Source: Treponemataceae bacterium (GTDB lineage Bacteria; Spirochaetota; Spirochaetia; Treponematales; Treponemataceae). Taken from it: 64,000 nucleotides of DNA. The position numbers were made by a program, and so were the translations under genes. Below are positions 18,547 to 26,687 of the stretch, one piece after another. Numbering within the stretch: position 1 is the stretch's first letter; each line of letters begins with the position of its first letter. The DNA lies in assembly GCA_045645985.1 (NCBI GenBank), contig JAZRJV010000037.1, positions 11,395-75,394 of the forward strand, written 5' to 3'. The notes beneath the pieces are model-generated. The model was not told where the DNA came from, ran no database searches, and saw only the letters and a list, made by a program, of their open reading frames with translations.

Positions 18547-19755
18547 ATGGTACTCGGTGTTTTATCTATCAAAACAATTTCATTTTTAGTATTCTGTGTT
18601 TTTGCAATCGCAGGGCTTGGATATCTTTTAGGAAGAATCACAATTAAAGGTGTTTCTCTTGGAACTGCAGGTGTATTTATCGTTGCTCTTTTATTTGGAG
18701 CCTTGTTGTACAATCCACTTGCAGAACAATTAAAAGTTGCTGGAACAAGTTATGTTACAAATGCGCTAAAGATTATCGAAAATCTTGGGTTGATTTTGTT
18801 CGTAACTTCAGTTGGATTTATTGCAGGACCTAACTTCTTTGGTGATTTCAAGCGTAACTTCAAATCATATATTGTATTAGGTTTGATTATCATCATTGTT
18901 GGTGGAATTTCATGTTGGGCTTGTACAATGTTCGACATCAAAGTTTACGGTCGCGATGCAAAAGAAGCAGCTGCAATGTTAGTAGGATTACTTTCAGGTT
19001 CACTTACTTCAACTCCAGCTTTCTCTGCTGCAAAAGCAACTGTTACAACAGAAGCATTAGAAACAATCGTTGCAGTAGGACACGGAATTGCATATTTGTT
19101 CGGTGTTGTTGGTGTTGTTCTTTTTGTTCAATTAGTTCCAAAGTTTGCAAAAGCAAATATGGAAGAAGAAAGAGCAAAACTTTCAGAAAACAATCCAGAA
19201 GTTGCATCAAAATTAACAGGTAAAGAATTAGAACTTGATCCATTTGGATTTTGTGCATTTTCTTTAGTTGCAGTAATTGGAATCTTAATCGGTTCAATTA
19301 AAATTGGTAACTTCTCATTAACAACAACTGGTGGATGTTTGTTAACATCATTGATTTTTGGTCACTTTGCAAAAATCGGAAATATTTCAATCACACCATC
19401 AACTCCAACTCTCAAAAACTTTAGAGAACTTGGACTTATGCTTTTCTTAATCGGAGCTGGTGTTGCAGGTGGTGCAGAATTTGTAAAATACTTTGAATGG
19501 GTTTACTTCATTTACGGTATTATTATGACAATGTTACCAATGATTGTTGGATACATTTTTGCAAGATATGTTTTGAAATTAAATTTGTTAAACAACTTAG
19601 GTTCAATTTGTGGTGGTATGACTTCTACTCCAGCTTTAGGAACATTGATTTCTACAGCAGGTACAGAAAAAGTTGCAGGTGCTTATGCTTCAACTTACCC
19701 AATCGCATTGATTTCAGTTGTAATCGTATCACAAATTTTAATCTTGATGTTCTAA
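18547..19755 (+). CDS. AAE-family (YidE/YbjL/AspT-like duplicated permease) transporter, short form without RCK_C domains; candidate C4-dicarboxylate/succinate transporter
   Basis: 402 aa. Two hydrophobic halves of ~5 TM each joined by a short charged loop (KANMEEERAKLSENNPEVASKLTGKE). GLLSGSLTSTPA and ICGGMTSTPALG repeat motifs, one per half. Starts 1 nt after the flavoprotein stop. Confidence 0.65.
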   Translation: MVLGVLSIKTISFLVFCVFAIAGLGYLLGRITIKGVSLGTAGVFIVALLFGALLYNPLAEQLKVAGTSYVTNALKIIENLGLILFVTSVGFIAGPNFFGDFKRNFKSYIVLGLIIIIVGGISCWACTMFDIKVYGRDAKEAAAMLVGLLSGSLTSTPAFSAAKATVTTEALETIVAVGHGIAYLFGVVGVVLFVQLVPKFAKANMEEERAKLSENNPEVASKLTGKELELDPFGFCAFSLVAVIGILIGSIKIGNFSLTTTGGCLLTSLIFGHFAKIGNISITPSTPTLKNFRELGLMLFLIGAGVAGGAEFVKYFEWVYFIYGIIMTMLPMIVGYIFARYVLKLNLLNNLGSICGGMTSTPALGTLISTAGTEKVAGAYASTYPIALISVVIVSQILILMF

Positions 19756-19774
19756 TTTATAGGAGAATGATTTT

Positions 19775-20023
19775 ATGAAAATTGAAGTATGTATGGGAAG
19801 TTCATGCCACGCAAAAGGTGCTAGCAGAGTTTTAGACCTTTTAAGAGAAGCTATTGCAACAAACAAACTTGAAGATAAAATTGAACTTGCTGGTTCTATT
19901 TGTCTTGGAGCTTGTAAAGAAAATGGTGCTAACTTAAGAGTTGATGGCGAACTTGTTTCTGGAATTACAAAAGAAAACTTCTATGACTTTTTTAACACAA
20001 AAGTTATTGATGCTTTAAAATAA
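19775..20023 (+). CDS. small thioredoxin-like [2Fe-2S] ferredoxin (NuoE-like fold)
   Basis: 82 aa with exactly four Cys (CMGSSCH...CLGAC). AGGAG RBS. Last gene before the terminator. Confidence 0.6.
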   Translation: MKIEVCMGSSCHAKGASRVLDLLREAIATNKLEDKIELAGSICLGACKENGANLRVDGELVSGITKENFYDFFNTKVIDALK

Positions 20024-20051
20024 TTTCTTAAAAAATAATTTTTTGAAATTG

Positions 20052-20097
20052 AAAAACTATCCAACAAGATTTATTCAAGTTGGATAGTTTTTTTTAT
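20052..20097. terminator. bidirectional intrinsic terminator between convergent operons
   Basis: Perfect 14-bp stem aaaaactatccaac / gttggatagttttt (20052-20065 / 20079-20092), flanked by A- and T-runs on either side. Confidence 0.8.
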
Positions 20098-20534
20098 TTA
20101 ATTTTCTTTTTCATTCCTGTCATTATAACATCAGAAATTAAATTATCTAAATCGTCATAAATTTTAATATCGTAAAAACATAAATTCTTACCAGTTTTTA
20201 CACATTCAGGTTTTGCAATTAATTTTGAACCTTTACAAGCATCAATAAAATTTATTGTACTAGAAACTGTTACAGTAACATATTCTTCGTTTAAGGCATT
20301 AGCACAAATTGCAAAAGCATAGTCTGCTAAAGTAAAAATTGCACCGCCCATAACACCACCAGCTGCGTTTCTATGTAAATCTTCGATAACCATTTCGCAA
20401 ATTACATTTGTTGCTTCACAATTTGTTTCGTTATCTAAATCGACTGGCTCAGCATTTACTAATTTTATTTTGGTAGCCTTTGTTGCAAAAAAATCTTTTT
20501 CAAATCTTTTGTTAAGTTTATCAAGGTATGTCAT
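20094..20534 (-). CDS. PaaI-family hotdog-fold thioesterase
   Basis: 146 aa. NAAGGVMGGAIFTLADYAFA motif typical of the PaaI/YbgC-like 4HBT family. Confidence 0.75.
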   Translation of the reverse strand: MTYLDKLNKRFEKDFFATKATKIKLVNAEPVDLDNETNCEATNVICEMVIEDLHRNAAGGVMGGAIFTLADYAFAICANALNEEYVTVTVSSTINFIDACKGSKLIAKPECVKTGKNLCFYDIKIYDDLDNLISDVIMTGMKKKIK

Positions 20535-20588
20535 AAAATTTCCTTTTAAGAAGATAAAAAAAATCTTCTAACTAAATTATAAATATAA

Positions 20589-22913
20589 TCAATATTCTAA
20601 AATATTTCTTTTGTCAATAATGATGTAAGAAAAATTTTCTTTAATAAAATTTTCTTTTTCTTTACTTTGAATTATTTTATCAGCATAAATTGCAGAATAA
20701 AAACCTTTTCGTTTTACAGCAATAAGTTCTTTTCCAGTTTTATCTTTGAACTTAATTTGCTTAGAACAATTTTTCAAACAATCTGAATCACAAATTTCTT
20801 TTTTACAACCAGAAAGTTTTTTTACCAAGCATTGTCTACTTTGCATCAATAATTGCAAAGATGATTTATTAAAAATAAATTTTTTGTCAGAATGATTTTT
20901 CAAAATAGATTTTAATTCTCCAAAAGGTGTTTCAAAAGAAAGAACGCAACTTGATAAATATTTTTTATAAAATTCAACTGAATAAGAATTTGTAATATTT
21001 AAATGTTGACCACCAAAAATTTGCAAACCTTTTTGGTTAGCGTAAAAAATCAATCCAGTATTTTCGCTAAAAATAATTCTATCAGAATTTAAATTATCAA
21101 TTAAATTTTTAAAACCATTTATTTCTTTATCAAAAATTATTGCAGGAAAATATGGAATAATAAAATTATTTTTAATTACAAATTCACTTTTTATTTTAAA
21201 TTCTTCTGTATCACAAACACATGGAAATTCCAACATATAAAAATTTTGATTTTTATTTTTTTCATAACACAAATTTAATTTTTCTATGTCAGAAAAAAAT
21301 AAAATTTCTTTTTTTTCATTTTGTTGTTTTGAAAATTTTTTAGAATTAGAAAAAATATTTTTATTAAAAGTTTCAATATTAAAATTATTTTTATCTTTGC
21401 AAAAATCTTTTTCAGTTTTTTGATTTAATTTATTCTCAAAAAACTCGATTGCTTCCCGCCTAATCTCATTTAATTCTTTTAGTGGCAAAAATAAATTCTC
21501 TTCAAAAATTTCGTAATCAATTTTTTCAATTACAAAATCAGTTTGACCTAATCGATTAAACTTTTCAAAAATAATTTCTTTTGTTAAAGAATTTTTTTGT
21601 GCAACTTGCAAAACTGAATTTGATTCAACTTTTACTTTTAAATTTTGTTCTTCTAAAATAAATTCACAAGATAATTTTTTATTTTCACTTGCTAAAACTT
21701 TTACAAAAATATTTTTTTTAGGAATTGATAAAGATTCAATTTGTTTTTCTAAATCAAATTTATTTATAATATCTTTTTGAATATAAACTTTGTAACCAGA
21801 AAAAATTTTACTAAAACTTTTACTTGTTGTGTGAAGTTTAAAATCTTTTTTTTGTTTATCGTAATCTAATAAAATTCCAGAACAAATAAAATTTTCATTT
21901 TTATCTTTTATAATTATCTTATCGTTTTCTTCGATAAAATTTTCAGAAAATTTTATTCTACAATTTTTTGCAGTATAAGAAATTACAAATCCAGATTCAA
22001 CAAAAGAATGATCCTTTGAACCAAAAGTAAACATTGAACTTGTAACTTCACCTTTCAAATAATCATCTGAATAAGAACGATTCATAACATTATAAATCAA
22101 ATTATTTTTTTCAGACAATAAATTTTTTAAATTATTTTCTAAAGCATTTTTCCATTCTTTTGTAATTGCCCAAACATAATCAAAACTTTTTATTCTACCT
22201 TCAATTTTTAAACTTATATTTCCTAATTCTTTTAATTCTTTTACAAAATTAATTGCACAATTATCTTTTAAATTAAATGGTGTAAAATTTTTATTATTTG
22301 AAATAAATTCTCGTCGACAAGGCTGAACACACAAACCTCGATTTCCAGCTTCTCCATAAAGATAATTACTAAAATAACATTGCCCAGAAAATGAAATACA
22401 ATAAGCACCGTGTACAAAAATTTCTGCAACAATATTTTTTGTATTCAAATATTTTACAATTGGTTTTAATTCATCTAAAGAAAGTTCACGACTTAAATTT
22501 ATTTGACTTACACCAACTTCAGATAAAAATTCACATTGTAAAATATTGTGAGTTGTCATTTGAGTTGATGCGTGAATTTCTAATTCTGGAAAAAGTTTTT
22601 TTACAACGGATAGAACGCCCAAGTCCTGAACAATAACTGCATCTACTCCACAAGCAACTGCATTTTTTACAGTTTCCACAAGCAAAGAAAATTCAGAATC
22701 AAAAACTAAAGTATTTAAAGTAAGATAAGATTTTACATTTTTGGATTTTGCTAACTTTATTAAATCAATTAAATTTTCAAAAGAAATATTTTCGGCTCGT
22801 TGCCTTGCGTTAAAATCTGAAACACCAAAAAAAATTGCATTTGCTCCAGCAAGGATTGCAGCTTTAAAAGATTTTACATCACCTGCTGGAGAAAGTAATT
22901 CTACAAAATTCAT
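20589..22913 (-). CDS. peptidase U32 family protein (long form)
   Basis: 774 aa. ELLSPAGDVKSFKAAILAGANAIFFG..., HASTQM..., EIFVHGAYCISFSGQCYFS..., GNRGLCVQPCR are typical U32 motifs. Its ATG shares one base with the ddc stop (TAATG). Confidence 0.85.
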   Translation of the reverse strand: MNFVELLSPAGDVKSFKAAILAGANAIFFGVSDFNARQRAENISFENLIDLIKLAKSKNVKSYLTLNTLVFDSEFSLLVETVKNAVACGVDAVIVQDLGVLSVVKKLFPELEIHASTQMTTHNILQCEFLSEVGVSQINLSRELSLDELKPIVKYLNTKNIVAEIFVHGAYCISFSGQCYFSNYLYGEAGNRGLCVQPCRREFISNNKNFTPFNLKDNCAINFVKELKELGNISLKIEGRIKSFDYVWAITKEWKNALENNLKNLLSEKNNLIYNVMNRSYSDDYLKGEVTSSMFTFGSKDHSFVESGFVISYTAKNCRIKFSENFIEENDKIIIKDKNENFICSGILLDYDKQKKDFKLHTTSKSFSKIFSGYKVYIQKDIINKFDLEKQIESLSIPKKNIFVKVLASENKKLSCEFILEEQNLKVKVESNSVLQVAQKNSLTKEIIFEKFNRLGQTDFVIEKIDYEIFEENLFLPLKELNEIRREAIEFFENKLNQKTEKDFCKDKNNFNIETFNKNIFSNSKKFSKQQNEKKEILFFSDIEKLNLCYEKNKNQNFYMLEFPCVCDTEEFKIKSEFVIKNNFIIPYFPAIIFDKEINGFKNLIDNLNSDRIIFSENTGLIFYANQKGLQIFGGQHLNITNSYSVEFYKKYLSSCVLSFETPFGELKSILKNHSDKKFIFNKSSLQLLMQSRQCLVKKLSGCKKEICDSDCLKNCSKQIKFKDKTGKELIAVKRKGFYSAIYADKIIQSKEKENFIKENFSYIIIDKRNILEY

Positions 22914-24358
22914 TATTTTGCTAACAATTTTATTTCTTCAATTAGTTCATCTAATTTTTGATGAGTTACTAAAGGATTCAACAAAGTAAATTTAAGATAA
23001 GTTTTGTTTTCAAAAACTGTTTGACCAATTACAATTCCGTCTTGGTGAATCAATTTTCTTCTAACAAGTTTGTTTACCTCATCTGTATCATTTAATCTAA
23101 AAACAACTGAACTAATTTCTGGTTCAACAATTGTTTCAAAAGATGAATCAGCTAATACTCTGTCGTAAAAATATTTTGCATTTTCAATACAAGTATTTAC
23201 GATAGAAGAATAACCATCTTTTCCTCGTAACAAAAATGACATCCAAACTTTTAAAGCATCAAATCTTCTAGTTGTTTGAAGTGATTTTCCAACAAGGTTT
23301 GTATATCCATCTTCTTCGTCTTCTTCACGATTTAGATAATCTGCATGTAAAGTTAAAACTTCAAAAAGAGAATCATCTTTTACAAGAATTGCACTACAAC
23401 TAATTGGCTGCAAGAACATTTTATGAAAATCCACAGTGATAGAATCACACAAAGCAAGATTTCCAATTCTTGAATCATATTTATCAGACATGATAACTGC
23501 ACTTCCATAGGCAGCGTCTGCATGAAGATACATTCCGTATTTTTTACAAAGTTGACTAATTTGATTTACATCATCAATGCTACCGTAATCTGTAGTTCCT
23601 ATTGTTGCAACAACACAAACTGGCAAATTTCCATCTTGAATATCTTTTTCAATTAAAGATTTCAAAACTTCAATATCCATTTTTTGATTTTTATCAACTG
23701 GAACTTTTACAACAGCGTCATATCCCAATCCCATAAGATGAGAACTTTTTTCCATTGAGAAGTGAGAAATTTCTGATGTATAAAATCTAAACTTAGAATA
23801 GTTTGAAGGAAGACCCTTCTTCTTTACATCGTGATTTAATTTTGTATTACAGTACCAATCTCGAGCAAGTAAAAGTCCAGTTTGATTTGACTGACTTCCG
23901 CCAGAAGTAAAACACCCGCCTGATTTTTCATCATAACCATAAAGTTTGCAAAGACATTTTACAACTTCAACTTCGATTTCTGTTGCGGCAGGAGATTGAT
24001 CCCAAGAATCCATAGACTGATTATAAGTTGCAATAATAAGTTCTGCAGCGATTGATTCGCACAAAGCCAATGTGTGCAAATGCGCCATATAATCAGTTGA
24101 TGAGGTTCTTAACATATTTGGAAGAATTTTTTCTTGTAACATTGAAAAAAGATTGTCCATGCCAACGCCAGTTTCTGGCAAAACATTATCAACATGAACA
24201 GTCTTTTTTAATTCGTAAGGAGTAAGACCTGCAAAGGCCTTTTCATCAACAAATGAATCAACAATAGCCTTTACAGTTCTATTTATCAATTCGGAATAAT
24301 TCTTCTTTGATTCTTCAGAAGAAGTTAAAAACATCAAATCAGATATTTTATTTTCCAA
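22913..24358 (-). CDS. ddc: group II PLP-dependent decarboxylase, L-2,4-diaminobutyrate decarboxylase-like
   Basis: 481 aa. SGGSQSNQTGL and the ITVDFHKMF PLP-lysine motif. Directly downstream of, and overlapping, the DABA transaminase gene. The annotated start is a TTG; the alternative ATG is at 24334. Confidence 0.8.
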   Translation of the reverse strand: MENKISDLMFLTSSEESKKNYSELINRTVKAIVDSFVDEKAFAGLTPYELKKTVHVDNVLPETGVGMDNLFSMLQEKILPNMLRTSSTDYMAHLHTLALCESIAAELIIATYNQSMDSWDQSPAATEIEVEVVKCLCKLYGYDEKSGGCFTSGGSQSNQTGLLLARDWYCNTKLNHDVKKKGLPSNYSKFRFYTSEISHFSMEKSSHLMGLGYDAVVKVPVDKNQKMDIEVLKSLIEKDIQDGNLPVCVVATIGTTDYGSIDDVNQISQLCKKYGMYLHADAAYGSAVIMSDKYDSRIGNLALCDSITVDFHKMFLQPISCSAILVKDDSLFEVLTLHADYLNREEDEEDGYTNLVGKSLQTTRRFDALKVWMSFLLRGKDGYSSIVNTCIENAKYFYDRVLADSSFETIVEPEISSVVFRLNDTDEVNKLVRRKLIHQDGIVIGQTVFENKTYLKFTLLNPLVTHQKLDELIEEIKLLAK

Positions 24359-25727
24359 ATTTTCCTTCCTTTACTTCTTTATCTACATCAATAACTACTT
24401 TTTCAAAAATTGAAAGCATTTGTTCAACTTCGTCTTTTGTTACATTCAAAGCACACAAACAGCGCATAACAGCTCCGTTTCGTCCACCTTTTTCCATAAC
24501 AAGTTTATTTTCAAAACAAAGTTTTTGAACACGAGCAGCAATTTCACCAGATCCAGTTTGTGCACCTAAAGAATCTTTTGGTGAATTTGGATCGATAAAT
24601 TCTGTTCCCATCATCAAACCTTTTCCACGAATGTCTCCGATGATAGAAACTTTCTTTTGAAGTTCTTCGAGGCGACTTCTCATGTAATCACCTTTTTCTT
24701 GAACTTCTTTTAAGAATTCAGGTTTTGAAACTCTGTTCATTACAACGATTCCACCACGCATAGCAAGTTGGTTTCCTCGGAATGTTCCAGCGTGTGAACC
24801 TGGAGTCCATTTGTCTAATTTTTTATTGTAAATAACAACTGCTAAAGGTTGTGTTCCACCGATTGCTTTTGATGTTAAAATTACATCTGGCACAATGTCA
24901 GCATATTCAAATGCAAAGAATTTTCCAGAACGACCTACACCACATTGAATTTCATCAACAATCATTGGAATATCAAGTTCTTTTGTTACTCTACGAATTG
25001 TTTGCAAAAATTCTACAGGAGCAGGAATAACACCACCTTCACCTTGAATTGGTTCAAGGATAACTGCAGCTGGTTTTTTAATTCCGCTTTCTGGGTCTTT
25101 CAAAACTCTTTCAAAGTAAGCACAAGCTGCTTTAGTTCCTTCTTCTCCACCAAGCCCAAAAGGACATCTGTAAGAATAAGGATAAGGAAAGAAAGTTACT
25201 CCAGGCATCAAAGAATTTACATTATTCTTTGCACCAAGGTTTCCTGTTAAGGATAAAGCTCCGTGTCCCATACCGTGATATCCACCACCGAATGCGATTA
25301 CTCCGTCTCTTCCTGTTGCTGTTTTACAAAGTTTAATTGCAGCATCAACAGCATCTGTACCAGCAGGACTACAAAATTGAATTTTTGCATTGTCTTTTAA
25401 TTCTGAAGGTAAAAGATTAAAAAGAGTATGAACAAACTCATCTTTTACAGGCGTGGTTAAATCTAGCGTATGTAGAACAGCGTCTGAAGAAATCATATCC
25501 ATAAATGCCTGATTAATTTCAGGATCATTATGTCCTAAAGCCAAGGTTCCAGCTCCGCATAAAAAGTCTAGATACTTGTTGCCTTCAACATCAACAAGCC
25601 ATGACCCTTTAGCACTTTTTAGAGCAAATGGGAATTTTCTTGGATAACTACGAGCGTTTGATTCTGTTTCATTTTGTCGCTCAATGTAAAACTGGTTTGT
25701 AGGCACTTGCCCATTCTTATCATTCAT
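24348..25727 (-). CDS. dat: diaminobutyrate--2-oxoglutarate transaminase (class III aminotransferase)
   Basis: 459 aa. ESNARSYPRKFP...YLDFLCGAGTLALGHN...DEIQCGVGRSGKFFAFE. AGGAG RBS. Confidence 0.85.
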   Translation of the reverse strand: MNDKNGQVPTNQFYIERQNETESNARSYPRKFPFALKSAKGSWLVDVEGNKYLDFLCGAGTLALGHNDPEINQAFMDMISSDAVLHTLDLTTPVKDEFVHTLFNLLPSELKDNAKIQFCSPAGTDAVDAAIKLCKTATGRDGVIAFGGGYHGMGHGALSLTGNLGAKNNVNSLMPGVTFFPYPYSYRCPFGLGGEEGTKAACAYFERVLKDPESGIKKPAAVILEPIQGEGGVIPAPVEFLQTIRRVTKELDIPMIVDEIQCGVGRSGKFFAFEYADIVPDVILTSKAIGGTQPLAVVIYNKKLDKWTPGSHAGTFRGNQLAMRGGIVVMNRVSKPEFLKEVQEKGDYMRSRLEELQKKVSIIGDIRGKGLMMGTEFIDPNSPKDSLGAQTGSGEIAARVQKLCFENKLVMEKGGRNGAVMRCLCALNVTKDEVEQMLSIFEKVVIDVDKEVKEGKFGK

Positions 25728-25972
25728 CTATTTTTCTCCTATTTTAAGGGAAAATAAACGGGTTGTTTTCTAAGTTTTCATAGAATTGACAACCTCTCTC
25801 ACAAACTAGTGGGTAAGGTATTGTAAAACAAAAATTAAATTAGGGCAACCTTTTTAAGAAAATATTTACAAATATTGCGTTTTTTTTGAAAATATTTTTT
25901 AAATAAACTATATTTTTATAAAGACCTTAGGCAAAATTCAATGATTTTGCAAACTAATTCTTACGGAACGAG

Positions 25973-26593
25973 ATGAAATCAAACTTTTTTGTCAAAATAA
26001 ATAAATTTTCGTGGATTTTTCCATTCATAATTTTTCTTTTGATTGGAATAAATGTTGCAATTTCACAATCTACAAAAAATTTCAATTTGCAAAATCCAGT
26101 AATTTATTACAATGGAGCAATTTTCACTCTTGAAAAAGATAAAACTGGTAAAGAAATTATTGAACAAGCCTTGCGAACAGAAAATGGTAAAATCACTCAT
26201 CTTGGAACAAATGAAAAAATCCTAAAACTAAAAAATCTTAAAACCACACTTGTAGATTTGAACGGAAAATCAATTTTTCCTGCCTTTGTGGGAACTCAAA
26301 TTGAAAAAGAAATGATAATGAAACAAGTTTTAGCTGAAATGCAAGAAATAAAAAAACAAGGATATTGGGCAAAATCTCACGAAAGATTAAATCTTTTTTT
26401 AGAAGCTTTTAGAAATCTTACTATAAAACAAGCAATCTTAAATAAAACCGAAAACCAACAAGGTTCTTTGTTGCCAGAAAAATTTGCAAATTTGATTATT
26501 TTAGACAAAAATCCATTGTTATTTAATCCTGCAAAGTATAATGAAATTGAAGTTTACGCTACAGTTTTTGAAGGTAAATTTTCTGTTAAATGA
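25973..26593 (+). CDS. amidohydrolase-family remnant: signal/TM segment plus N- and C-terminal composite-domain pieces only; catalytic barrel absent (possible pseudogene)
   Basis: 206 aa. PVIYYNGAIFTLEKD...ALRTENGKITHLG...TTLVDLNGKSIFPAFVG (N-terminal sandwich piece, normally followed by D-x-H-x-H) joins after ~40 aa to ...TIKQAILNKTENQQGSLLPEKFANLIILDKNPL...IEVYATVFEGK (C-terminal piece). Confidence 0.55.
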   Translation: MKSNFFVKINKFSWIFPFIIFLLIGINVAISQSTKNFNLQNPVIYYNGAIFTLEKDKTGKEIIEQALRTENGKITHLGTNEKILKLKNLKTTLVDLNGKSIFPAFVGTQIEKEMIMKQVLAEMQEIKKQGYWAKSHERLNLFLEAFRNLTIKQAILNKTENQQGSLLPEKFANLIILDKNPLLFNPAKYNEIEVYATVFEGKFSVK

Positions 26594-26621
26594 TTAGTAA
26601 AATCAGCCATAAAAAACAGCA

Positions 26622-26650
26622 TTGACCACCAATAAAAAAAATGATAGACT
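26622..26650 (+). promoter_or_regulatory. candidate sigma70-like promoter for prs operon
   Basis: TTGACC (26622-26627), 17 nt, TAGACT (26645-26650). Confidence 0.35.
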
Positions 26651-26687
26651 TTAAGCATAATTCTTACACTTAAATTAGGAAGTTATC

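Noticed and set aside
18912-19778. ORFs 18912..19223, 19043..19297 and 19497..19778 within the permease gene.
   Set aside because: They are Cys/Arg-rich out-of-frame products inside a coherent multi-TM coding frame.
25740-25800. Attenuator-like hairpin (ggttgt...acaacc followed by a U-rich stretch on the minus strand) in the dat leader.
   Set aside because: It has only a 6-bp stem with a ~22-nt loop and a weak U-tract. That is too weak to call a terminator or riboswitch expression platform without covariation data.
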